NCBI GenBank assembly: GCA_963599085.1
Contig: CAVBVK010000004.1
Span: 23,613-87,612, forward strand
Origin: a bacterium
GTDB lineage: Bacteria > Bacteroidota > Bacteroidia > Bacteroidales > Bacteroidaceae
Direction of reading: 5' to 3'
Length of the DNA stretch: 64,000 nt
Shown: piece after piece, positions 48,889 to 57,223 of the stretch
Layout: every line of letters starts with the position of its first letter
Numbering within the stretch: the first letter of the stretch is position 1
Made by a program: the position numbers and the translations under genes
The notes under the pieces: model-generated
The model's database searches: none
What the model saw: only the letters and a program-made list of their open reading frames with translations
What the model was told of the DNA's origin: nothing

Positions 48889-49154
48889 TCATAAATTTAG
48901 GAGTTCGCAAAACTTTTAAGTAAGTTTTTTTGAAAAAATGTACTGTGTTCCCACACAATACTAAAAAAGTGTAAGCGAACATTGCAAAAAACGTTTTTCC
49001 CTAACACTTCCCGGCAACAATCTGTAACGCTGCCTAAGTCTGGCACGCCCCGTCGGCAATGTCCGGATGCTTGGAAAAGGGCGTGGCGGGCACGATATTC
49101 CGCCCGACAGATGCTTAACTTGCACAGAATTACACATTGTTGAAGAATTATTTG

Positions 49155-49162
49155 TAATTTTG
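49155..49162 (+). promoter_or_regulatory. putative -7 box TAATTTTG for the LMW-PTP gene
   Basis: 23 nt upstream of ATG 49185. Confidence 0.45.
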
Positions 49163-49184
49163 CCAACAAAGAAATACACATATT

Positions 49185-49673
49185 ATGAACGAAAAGAAAA
49201 CTCCACGACAACACCGCCTGCTGTTCATCTGCCTCGGCAACATCTGCCGGAGCCCGGCTGCCGAGGGCGTGATGAAGGCTCTCGCAAGTGCCGCAGGACG
49301 CAGTGCCGACTTCCACATCGACTCGGCAGGCATAGGCGACTGGCACGCCGGTCAGCTGCCCGACAGCCGTATGCGCAGGCGCGGGGCTCTGCGGGGCTAC
49401 AACTTCGACAGCCGCGCACGGCAGATACGCCGTTCCGACTTCGCTGATTTCGACCTGCTGCTCGTCATGGACTCCTCCAACTTCACCGCCGTAAGCAGCA
49501 TGGCGGCATCGCCGCAAGAGCGCGAGAAGGTGGTGATGCTCACCGATTTCCTCACCCGCCACAACAATGTGAAGGCAGTACCCGACCCTTATTACGGCGA
49601 CGAAACCGACTTCGACTACGCCCTCGACCTCATAGAGGATGCGTGCGGCGGACTTCTCGAAAAACTCGCCTGA
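49185..49673 (+). CDS. low-molecular-weight protein-tyrosine phosphatase
   Basis: P-loop LFICLGNICRSPAAEG and the DPYYG Asp loop. Confidence 0.9.
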   Translation: MNEKKTPRQHRLLFICLGNICRSPAAEGVMKALASAAGRSADFHIDSAGIGDWHAGQLPDSRMRRRGALRGYNFDSRARQIRRSDFADFDLLLVMDSSNFTAVSSMAASPQEREKVVMLTDFLTRHNNVKAVPDPYYGDETDFDYALDLIEDACGGLLEKLA

Positions 49674-49700
49674 AAACCAGAGCGAAACAGGACGGTTTAA

Positions 49701-49785
49701 AAAGAAGGCTTCTTTACATTGCAAGGAAGCCTTCTTCGCATCACAAAGAAGCTTTGTTTACAATGCAAAGGAGGCTTCTTTTCTA
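49701..49785 (+). terminator. two tandem hairpins 3' of the PTP gene (GAAGGCTTC/GAAGCCTTC repeat family)
   Basis: AAGAAGGCTTC-13 nt-GAAGCCTTCTT, a perfect 11-bp stem. Then AAAGAAGCTTTG...CAAAGGAGGCTTCTTT followed by TCTACC. Confidence 0.55.
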
Positions 49786-49923
49786 CCCCATGACAAAACT
49801 GGCTGATATAACGGAAACACCAATGTAAACTGAAATGGTTGCAGTTTTATTCTTTCCTTGCGAATTTGTTGTCATTTAGCAATATTTTTCCACCGAAACC
49901 TTACATTATTCAATTTATTTTCG

Positions 49924-49931
49924 TAATTTTG
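49924..49931 (+). promoter_or_regulatory. putative -7 box TAATTTTG for gdhA
   Basis: ~100 nt upstream of ATG 50033. The leader contains the ACACATTG/CAATGTGT hairpin. Confidence 0.45.
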
Positions 49932-50032
49932 CGAACGAAAGATACAGACCCGTTCAAATCTTCGACAAAGGTAAAAAGAGAAAAACACACATTGGCATTC
50001 AATGTGTAACAACATTCATAAATCCCAAAAAT

Positions 50033-51367
50033 ATGAACGCAGCAGAAACCGTGGAGCGTCTGAAACAACGCTTCCCCAACGAGCCTGAGTACATACAGGC
50101 CGTAAGTCAGGTCCTCGGCACAATCGAGGACGAGTACAACCGCCACCCTGAATTCGACCGTGCCAACCTCATTGAGCGTCTGTGCATCCCCGACCGCATC
50201 GTCTCCTTCCGTGTGACATGGACTGACGACAAGGGCAATGTGCAGACAAACATGGGCTACCGCATACAGCACAACAACGCCATTGGTCCGTACAAAGGCG
50301 GCATACGCTTCCACGCTTCGGTGAACCCGTCCATATTGAAGTTCCTCGCGTTTGAGCAGACATTCAAGAACGCGCTAACGACACTGCCCATGGGCGGCGC
50401 GAAAGGCGGTTCCGACTTCTCGCCACGAGGCAAGAGCGATGCCGAGGTCATGCGCTTCTGCCAGGCATTCATGAGCGAGCTCTACCGCCATATAGGTCCC
50501 GACGAGGATGTTCCGGCAGGCGATATAGGCGTGGGCGGACGCGAAGTGGGATACATGTTCGGGCAGTACAAGAAGCTCACGCACCAGTTTGTAGGCGTAC
50601 TCACGGGTAAGGGTCTGGAATTCGGAGGCTCGCTCATACGCCCCGAAGCCACAGGTTACGGCAATGTATATTTTCTTGAGAACATGCTGCGCACACGCGG
50701 CATCGACATCAAAGACAAGCGTGTGCTCGTAAGCGGTTCGGGCAATGTGGCACAATACACTGTCGAGAAACTCATCGAACTGGGAGCAGTGCCCGTCACG
50801 CTCTCCGACTCCGACGGATACATATACGATCCCAACGGCATCGATGCAGAGAAGCTGGCGTTTGTAAAGGAACTCAAGAACGTGGAACGCGGCCGCATAC
50901 GCGAGTATGCCGAGGAATACGGCGTGAAGTATGTGCCGGGTGCACGGCCGTGGGGCGAGAAAGCGCAGATAGCCATGCCTTCGGCAACACAGAACGAGAT
51001 AGACGGTGACGATGCTCGCACGCTCGTCTGCAACGGGACAATTGCCGTGAGCGAAGGCGCGAACATGCCTTCCACACCCGAAGCCATCAAGGTGTTCCAG
51101 GAAGCAGGACTGCTCTATGCCCCGGGCAAGGCGGCAAACGCCGGCGGTGTGGCAGTGTCGGGACTCGAAATGAGCCAGAACTCCGAGCGTCTGCGTTGGA
51201 CTTGCGAGGAGGTGGACGGTCGTTTGAAGATGATTATGAATGAAATTCACGAGAACTGCGTGAAGAACGGCACACAGTCCGACGGTTACATCAACTACGT
51301 GCGCGGCGCAAATGTCGCCGGTTTCCTTAAAGTGGCGAAGGCGATGATGGCTCAGGGCATCGTGTAA
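50033..51367 (+). CDS. gdhA: NAD(P)-specific glutamate dehydrogenase
   Basis: GGAKGGSDF catalytic Lys region, GSGNVAQY dinucleotide fold, 444 aa. Confidence 0.95.
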   Translation: MNAAETVERLKQRFPNEPEYIQAVSQVLGTIEDEYNRHPEFDRANLIERLCIPDRIVSFRVTWTDDKGNVQTNMGYRIQHNNAIGPYKGGIRFHASVNPSILKFLAFEQTFKNALTTLPMGGAKGGSDFSPRGKSDAEVMRFCQAFMSELYRHIGPDEDVPAGDIGVGGREVGYMFGQYKKLTHQFVGVLTGKGLEFGGSLIRPEATGYGNVYFLENMLRTRGIDIKDKRVLVSGSGNVAQYTVEKLIELGAVPVTLSDSDGYIYDPNGIDAEKLAFVKELKNVERGRIREYAEEYGVKYVPGARPWGEKAQIAMPSATQNEIDGDDARTLVCNGTIAVSEGANMPSTPEAIKVFQEAGLLYAPGKAANAGGVAVSGLEMSQNSERLRWTCEEVDGRLKMIMNEIHENCVKNGTQSDGYINYVRGANVAGFLKVAKAMMAQGIV

Positions 51368-51395
51368 CTGCCACCCTCCAAGGAGTGAAGAAGAC

Positions 51396-51427
51396 GGGTG
51401 TGCCAGTGTTGACACACCCTCTTTTTC
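51396..51427 (+). terminator. bidirectional terminator between gdhA and the EEP gene (repeated hairpin family)
   Basis: GGGTGTG-CCAGTGTTGA-CACACCC followed by TCTTTTTC. The sequence is related to the hairpins at 11984 and 63895. Confidence 0.6.
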
Positions 51428-52385
51428 AGAAAAGGAACTCTGCCACAAGCGGCAGATGGTCGCTGAACCCGTCAAGATAACGGGGTCCGAGGTAATTGCG
51501 GCGGGGTTGCACACCACCGTATTTTTCGTCTGCTACAAGGAGAAACGGCGCATCGTTCACTCTGCACGCGGTCGCTTTCGGCAGCATAGTGCGGCTCACT
51601 ATTATATGGTCGAGACTACCCCACTCGCCCTGATAACGGTAAGTGCCGCTGGCTCCGTTGCTGCCTGTCGCCGAAGAGGAAATGTCCACCATGTCGGCAG
51701 AGCACACTGTGCGCACGCTTTCAGAGGACGTATAGTCGTTGAAGTCGCCCGCCACTATTATGCTCGCATTCTGTTTCACGCCCCGAACGGAATCGACAAG
51801 CTCGCGTATCTGTGCCGCAACCTGCCGGCGGAACGGCCGTGACTGCGCTTCGCCGTCACGACGGCTCGGCAGATGAGCCACAATCACATGGAGGGTGTCG
51901 CCCGACGGCACTCTGCCCTCGGCATAAAGCAGGTTGCGGGTGGGGCGCATTCCCCTCACAAGGCGTATGCCTATCTGCCTGTGGGAGAGCAGAGTGAAGG
52001 TGAACGGCGAATACATCAGTGCTACATCTATGCCGCGCTCGTCAGGCGACGAGGTCATTACGTATTCGTAGCGGGCCTTGCGCAAGAGGCTGCGGCGTGT
52101 CAGGTCGTGCATAACGCTGTCGTTCTCCACTTCGCACAGAGCCACGAGGTCGGGCAGTTGCCAAGGGTTCCCGCCTCCATTTCCGTCTTTCTTCTCGCCG
52201 CACGAAACAATAGTCTGCCCCACACGGTTCAATTTCCGCCAGTAACGGGAGCGTGTCCAGTGATACGCCCCGTCAGGAAGAAACTCGGTATCGTTCTTCA
52301 ACGAGTCGTGACGACAGTCGAAAAGGTTTTCACAATTCAGTTCCACGACCGTGAAAACCGACAACAGAAGCATTGCTATCGACAT
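51426..52385 (-). CDS. endonuclease/exonuclease/phosphatase (EEP) family protein
   Basis: Signal-like N-terminus, NCENLFD near the start, C-terminal SDHLPLVAEF. Confidence 0.8.
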   Translation of the reverse strand: MSIAMLLLSVFTVVELNCENLFDCRHDSLKNDTEFLPDGAYHWTRSRYWRKLNRVGQTIVSCGEKKDGNGGGNPWQLPDLVALCEVENDSVMHDLTRRSLLRKARYEYVMTSSPDERGIDVALMYSPFTFTLLSHRQIGIRLVRGMRPTRNLLYAEGRVPSGDTLHVIVAHLPSRRDGEAQSRPFRRQVAAQIRELVDSVRGVKQNASIIVAGDFNDYTSSESVRTVCSADMVDISSSATGSNGASGTYRYQGEWGSLDHIIVSRTMLPKATACRVNDAPFLLVADEKYGGVQPRRNYLGPRYLDGFSDHLPLVAEFLF

Positions 52386-52424
52386 TGCCTGTGATATGAA
52401 ACGGTTACTGTAAGCACGGCGGCG

Positions 52425-53489
52425 TCACGTATTCATTATCTCTATCTGCTGCCGTACGGACTCTTCATGCACTTCCTCGAACACCTTACGCACGAAATCG
52501 GAATCCATTCCGCACAAGGCACCTTGCGCACCACGCTTGCTTTGTATCTCATTGTAGCGCACAGTCTGCAACACGGTCATGTTGTGTTCCTTCTTGTATT
52601 GGCCTATTTCGCGGCAGACACGCATCCGTTTGGAGAGAAGCTCCATTAGTTGGTTGTCGAGCTCGTCTATCTGTTTGCGCAGTTCATAAATGCCTTCGGT
52701 TGTCACTGAGCCGTCGCGGACAACGAGGAGGCCCAGAATGTAGTCGAGGACATCGGGGGTCACCTGTTGTTTGGCATCGCTCCACGCCTCATCGGGCGAA
52801 CAATGGCTCTCGATGATGAGGCCGTCGAAGCCCAGATCCATTGCCTGCTGGCACAGAGGGGCGATGAGTTCGCGGCGGCCTCCTATGTGGCTCGGGTCGC
52901 AGACGATGGGAAGATTGGGTATGCGGCGGCGCAGCTCGATGGGAATCTGCCATGTGGGTGCATTGCGGTATATCTTGTTGTCGTAGCTCGAGAAGCCGCG
53001 GTGAACCGCCGCCATGCGTGTTATTCCTGCCTGATTGATGCGTTCCATGGCACCAATCCACAGTTCGAGGTCGGGATTTACGGGGTTCTTCACAAGCACG
53101 GTAGCGTCCGTTCCACACAGGCTGTCGGCAAGAGCCTGCATCGCAAAGGGATTGGCGGATGTGCGGGCACCCACCCAAAGGATATCAATGCCGTATTGCA
53201 AAGCCAGCTCCACATGCTCCGGTGTCGCCACTTCTGTCGCTACAAGCATGCCGGTCTCCTCCTTAACGCGCCGCAACCACGGCAACGCCTGTTCGCCGTT
53301 ACCCTCAAATCCGCCGGGCTTGGTGCGTGGCTTCCATGCTCCCGCGCGGTACATTTTGCAACCGCGCGATGCCAGTTGGCGTGCCGTTGTGACGACTTGC
53401 TCCTCGGTTTCAGCCGAGCACGGCCCGGCAATGACAAACGGCCGTTCCTTATCGCTCGGCAGATTCAGTGGCTTTAATTTCAGTTCCAT
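52425..53489 (-). CDS. bifunctional 3-deoxy-7-phosphoheptulonate synthase / chorismate mutase type II
   Basis: N-terminal KDO8P/DAHP-synthase-type TIM barrel (AGPCS.E, KPRT, GAR) and C-terminal CM2 helices (LRKQIDELDNQLMELLSKRM). Confidence 0.85.
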   Translation of the reverse strand: MELKLKPLNLPSDKERPFVIAGPCSAETEEQVVTTARQLASRGCKMYRAGAWKPRTKPGGFEGNGEQALPWLRRVKEETGMLVATEVATPEHVELALQYGIDILWVGARTSANPFAMQALADSLCGTDATVLVKNPVNPDLELWIGAMERINQAGITRMAAVHRGFSSYDNKIYRNAPTWQIPIELRRRIPNLPIVCDPSHIGGRRELIAPLCQQAMDLGFDGLIIESHCSPDEAWSDAKQQVTPDVLDYILGLLVVRDGSVTTEGIYELRKQIDELDNQLMELLSKRMRVCREIGQYKKEHNMTVLQTVRYNEIQSKRGAQGALCGMDSDFVRKVFEEVHEESVRQQIEIMNT

Positions 53490-53504
53490 AACAATATTGT
53501 TTCT

Positions 53505-54713
53505 TTATTCCTTGTTCATGTTGTTTATCCGTTCAAGAGCTTCGCGCATCTTCGCCTCCTTTGCACACAGGCTTATGCGTATGTAGCGTGCCCCGTTCGA
53601 ACCGAAAATAATTCCCGGCGTGATGAAGACACGTGCCTTGTGGAGCACTTTCTCTGTAAGTTGCTCTGCATCGGCATACTCATCCGAAATCCGTCCCCAC
53701 AGGAACATGCCCACCTGCGAGGCATCGTAGGTGCAGCCGAGGGCCTGCATTATACGCTCGGCGATGTCACGGCGGCGGCGATAGGTGTTTATATTCGCCT
53801 CGCGGTGCCACTCCGCGGTGTTGGTGTTATAGGCTTCTGCGGCGGCGAGTTGGAGCCCGCGGAATGTCCCCGAATCGATGTTGCTCTTTATTTTAAGTAC
53901 CCACGAGATGAAAACAGGGTTGCTTACGCACATCCCGATGCGCCATCCCGGCATGTTATGACTTTTCGACATGGAGTTGAACTCGATGCAGCAGTCCTTC
54001 GCTCCGGGCACTTGCATGAGCGACATGGGGCGTTCGTTGAGGATGAGCGAGTAGGGATTGTCGTTCACCACCACTATGCCATGCCTACGGGCAAACTCCA
54101 CCAAGCGTTCGAACGTGTCGCGACGGGCATTGCCTCCGGTTGGCATATTGGGATAATTCACCCACATAAGCTTTACACGCGAGAGGTCAGTACGCTCCAA
54201 CTCGTCGAAGTCGGGTTGCCAACCGTTGTCTTCCCGCAAGTTGTAGTTCACCACTTCGGCACCGAGGATGCGGCTGAGTGCGGTGTAAGTGGGATAGCCC
54301 GGATTGGGCACGAGCACCTGTTCGCCGGGATTTACGAAGGCGAGCGTGACATGAAGGATGCCTTCCTTCGACCCTATGAGAGGCTGTATTTCCTTAGAGG
54401 CATCGAGTTTCACGCCATACCAACGCTCATAAAAGCCCGCCATGGCACGCCGCAGCTCGGGCGTTCCCACCGTGGGCTGATAGCCGTGGGCGTCGTCACG
54501 TGCCGCCACCTCACAGAGTTTGCTTATTGTCTGCGGCGAGGGCGGCATGTCGGGCGAACCTATTGCGAGCGAAATTATGTCCTGTCCCTGTGCGTTCAGT
54601 GCCGCCACTTCCTTGAGCTTGCGGCTGAAATAGTATTCCTGCACTTCCGAAAGGCGGCGGGCAGGAGCAATATTTATGCTGTCCGAAGTAGGTGTCGTTC
54701 CCATATACAACAT
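53505..54713 (-). CDS. class I/II aminotransferase (aromatic/LL-DAP-like)
   Basis: PLP-Lys motif NSMSKSHNMPGWR and the NPxNPTG-like NYPNMPTG. Confidence 0.85.
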   Translation of the reverse strand: MLYMGTTPTSDSINIAPARRLSEVQEYYFSRKLKEVAALNAQGQDIISLAIGSPDMPPSPQTISKLCEVAARDDAHGYQPTVGTPELRRAMAGFYERWYGVKLDASKEIQPLIGSKEGILHVTLAFVNPGEQVLVPNPGYPTYTALSRILGAEVVNYNLREDNGWQPDFDELERTDLSRVKLMWVNYPNMPTGGNARRDTFERLVEFARRHGIVVVNDNPYSLILNERPMSLMQVPGAKDCCIEFNSMSKSHNMPGWRIGMCVSNPVFISWVLKIKSNIDSGTFRGLQLAAAEAYNTNTAEWHREANINTYRRRRDIAERIMQALGCTYDASQVGMFLWGRISDEYADAEQLTEKVLHKARVFITPGIIFGSNGARYIRISLCAKEAKMREALERINNMNKE

Positions 54714-54723
54714 TTTTTACTTT

Positions 54724-55554
54724 TCATTTTCCTATGTATTCGCCCAAAACCCTGAGCGAACGGGTGAGCGGAATTATTGCGTCAATGCTCTGGCGATAGC
54801 GTGTGAGGCTGTCGAAGGTGAGATCGACATAGAACAGGTACTCCCATTCGCAGCCGATGACGGGCAACGACTGAATCTTGGTGAGGTTGATGCCATAGAA
54901 CGAAAGGATGGTAAGCACTTTTGAAAGGCTTCCTTCCTCGTGGGCGACATGAAACACAAGGCTTGCCTTGTCGGCCTTCTCCAAAGGCCGGAGGAAGTCG
55001 GCTTTGTTGGGATTGCACATCACGAGGAAGCGCGTGAAGTTGTGTTTGTTGTCCTGTATCTGGTCCTGCAGCACCTTAAGTCCGTACAGGCGCGCCGCCG
55101 AGGCGTTGCAGATGGCTGCCATGCCGTGACACTTGTACTTGCTTATATATTCCGCCGAGCCTGCCGTGTCCTCCGCTTCGACAGCCTTTATCTGCGGATG
55201 ATTGGCAAGAAAGGCGTTGCACTGCGCCAAAGCCACGGGGTGTGAGTGCACCTCATTGATGTCGGTCCAGTCGTCGTCGGGCAGACAACAGATGCAATGC
55301 TCAATGTGCAACTTGTGCTCGCCCACCACCGTCGTGTCAGAACTGCGCAACAACTCGTAGTTGTGCAACAGGCTTCCGGCGATGGTGTTCTCTATTGCTG
55401 TCATGCCAATGACCGTCGGATCGCGACGGATATTCTCATAAACCTGTTCGAAAGTGGAACAGTAGATGAGCTGAATCTGCTCACTCCCGAAATACTGGCG
55501 GGCTGCAATGTCGTGGAAAGAACCTTGAAAGCCCTGTATCGCTATTCTTTTCAT
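54724..55554 (-). CDS. pheA: prephenate dehydratase
   Basis: PDT domain (GFQGSFHD, TRF) followed by an ACT domain (ASLVF...GSL..VL). Confidence 0.9.
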   Translation of the reverse strand: MKRIAIQGFQGSFHDIAARQYFGSEQIQLIYCSTFEQVYENIRRDPTVIGMTAIENTIAGSLLHNYELLRSSDTTVVGEHKLHIEHCICCLPDDDWTDINEVHSHPVALAQCNAFLANHPQIKAVEAEDTAGSAEYISKYKCHGMAAICNASAARLYGLKVLQDQIQDNKHNFTRFLVMCNPNKADFLRPLEKADKASLVFHVAHEEGSLSKVLTILSFYGINLTKIQSLPVIGCEWEYLFYVDLTFDSLTRYRQSIDAIIPLTRSLRVLGEYIGK

Positions 55555-55571
55555 TTTCGTCAGACTTGTTT

Positions 55572-55611
55572 AAAACGAAAAGCCCCGCATCACTTTTAAT
55601 GTGAAGCGGGG
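55572..55611 (-). terminator. attenuator terminator upstream of pheA
   Basis: Minus strand GCCCCGCTTCAC-ATTAAAA-GTGATGCGGGGC (11 of 12 bp) followed by TTTTCGTTTT, 18 nt before the pheA ATG. Confidence 0.7.
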
Positions 55612-55651
55612 CAATATCGTGGTTTTATTCGATTAACCTTTAAGTTGAAAT

Positions 55652-55729
55652 TCACACGCAACTTCCCGCTTCACAATTTCTTGCAAAGAAAAAGAAGGAG
55701 CTAAAGAAAAATGCGTATGCTTTGTCCAT
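55652..55729 (-). CDS. Phe-rich leader peptide (25 aa)
   Basis: ATG at 55729. Translation MDKAYAFFFSSFFFFARNCEAGSCV, stop TGA at 55652-55654. 7 of 25 codons are Phe. Its 3' end carries the antiterminator arm. Confidence 0.65.
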   Translation of the reverse strand: MDKAYAFFFSSFFFFARNCEAGSCV

Positions 55730-55748
55730 TATTTTAATATTATCGCTG

Positions 55749-55756
55749 CAAAAGTA
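55749..55756 (-). promoter_or_regulatory. putative promoter TTTG-N20-TACTTTTG of the phe operon
   Basis: Plus strand CAAAAGTA at 55749-55756 and CAAA at 55777-55780. The leader ATG lies 20 nt downstream. Confidence 0.5.
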
Positions 55757-55844
55757 AAACAAATATTTTATTTCAACAAATGAATTGCAGTCAAATGTCA
55801 AAAAACTCTTCAATTTATCTGCAAAACGGCGTCACAGCCCGGCT

Positions 55845-56711
55845 TTACTTGCCGAAAACGCCGTAGGGATCGATATTTTTGTATATGTCCTTCACCTTCT
55901 GTTCCACACGTTCGGCAGGAGCCTGCATGTTGGAGTCGAGCTCATCGGCAGTCTGCAAGTCGGCGGCGGCACCCTCGTCATCGCCCAACCGGCGGCGTAT
56001 CAGACCGCGTCCGCGGAACGCCTCGATGCAAAACGGGTTCAGTTCTATCACTTTTGTATAAGCCTCCTGTGCCTCACCGAGGTTGTCCAGAGCCTCATCA
56101 AGACGGGCTTTGAGCAGAAGTACATCCTCGTTGTTACCGACATGCCGGAGCAAAACCTGCACATCGGCGGAGGCTTCATCGTACATCTCCTGCGCAAGAT
56201 ACACCTGCCCGCGGAGCAGACGGGCCGCATCATACCCGGCATTTATGTCCAAAGCCTTGTCAAGCATGGCAATGGCGGCTGCATTGTCGCCCTCGCCACG
56301 GCAGGCACGGGCGTACATGAAACAAGCCGTGGGGTCGGTGCCGTCGATGAGCAGAGCCTTGCGGCACACATCAAGCATCGCAGGATAGTCCTCCTGCATA
56401 TAGGCAATGTCAGCCATGCGCAGCAGTATACCGGCGTTGTCGGGGCATGAGTCCGCCATGAGCGCGAGCTGCCCGGAAGCCCCGGCAAGGTCGCCAAGAT
56501 GCAGGAGAGCCTGCGACAGATAGTCGCGGCATTCCAGATCGTCCTTCATACCGAGCGCATGATTGAAGCATTTGGCGGCATATTCCGCCTGCCCCATGCG
56601 CAAAGCCCTCACTCCATCATATTTGAGTATATCGAAATCCTTGCTTTCGCCTTTCGGTTCTTCATCGGCAACAGAGTCGTTGCCACCAAACAATTTCTTT
56701 AACAAGTTCAT
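55845..56711 (-). CDS. tetratricopeptide repeat protein
   Basis: Repeated A..Y/ A...L..DP TPR signatures across 288 aa. Confidence 0.8.
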   Translation of the reverse strand: MNLLKKLFGGNDSVADEEPKGESKDFDILKYDGVRALRMGQAEYAAKCFNHALGMKDDLECRDYLSQALLHLGDLAGASGQLALMADSCPDNAGILLRMADIAYMQEDYPAMLDVCRKALLIDGTDPTACFMYARACRGEGDNAAAIAMLDKALDINAGYDAARLLRGQVYLAQEMYDEASADVQVLLRHVGNNEDVLLLKARLDEALDNLGEAQEAYTKVIELNPFCIEAFRGRGLIRRRLGDDEGAAADLQTADELDSNMQAPAERVEQKVKDIYKNIDPYGVFGK

Positions 56712-56802
56712 GTGTGCTGTTTATGTTCCGTATTCTTCGGTTTACAGGTTTACGGTCGGCTAAGTTACGAATTATTTTCAGAATACCGGGCAAGACACCA
56801 AA

Positions 56803-56850
56803 CAAAAAAACTGCGTATGCTGAGAGTGAAGAGCCTCTGTGCATACGCAG
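56803..56850 (-). terminator. strong intrinsic terminator after the 36-codon ORF
   Basis: Minus strand CTGCGTATGC-20 nt-GCATACGCAG, a perfect 10-bp stem with an inner AGAG/CTCT extension, followed by T8. Confidence 0.75.
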
Positions 56851-56870
56851 CCTTAATTCAAACTTCCGTA

Positions 56871-56981
56871 TCAATTATACCAAACAGAAGAATCAACACG
56901 GGTTTCACGGTCATCGGTTTCGTTGTAAACGTTGTCCAACTCATACGATTCCAAATCGTAAACTTTCTTTACTGTTCTCAT
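56871..56981 (-). CDS. hypothetical small acidic protein (36 aa), absent from the ORF track
   Basis: GGGAGGAATCATTATG gives a strong SD with ~7-nt spacing. Translation MRTVKKVYDLESYELDNVYNETDDRETRVDSSVWYN. It has its own -7 box upstream and a terminator downstream. Confidence 0.45.
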   Translation of the reverse strand: MRTVKKVYDLESYELDNVYNETDDRETRVDSSVWYN

Positions 56982-57066
56982 AATGATTCCTCCCATTCGG
57001 CCTTAGTCTCATTTAGCCTTTATATCATTAATGTATGTCGGGATGCGAGACATCATCCGTAGAAAG

Positions 57067-57074
57067 CAAAGATA
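57067..57074 (-). promoter_or_regulatory. putative -7 box TATCTTTG for the small ORF
   Basis: Plus strand CAAAGATA, ~85 nt upstream of ATG 56981. Confidence 0.4.
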
Positions 57075-57223
57075 CACATTTATCTGCAAATTGCAAGCGT
57101 TTTGACTGATTTTATTTCTTTTTTAATCAAATTTTCACTTAATGGTGACATTTTTTTTGCAACAAAACCACGGTTGCCCGATTCCCGCAGCCGTTCCGGC
57201 AGGAAGCGTGCGGCAGGCAGCTT

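Noticed and set aside
49701-49785. A possible miniature CRISPR-like or tandem repeat array.
   Set aside because: It has only two units and no spacer-like unique segments of regular length, and there are no cas genes. The units are self-complementary hairpins at a gene 3' end.
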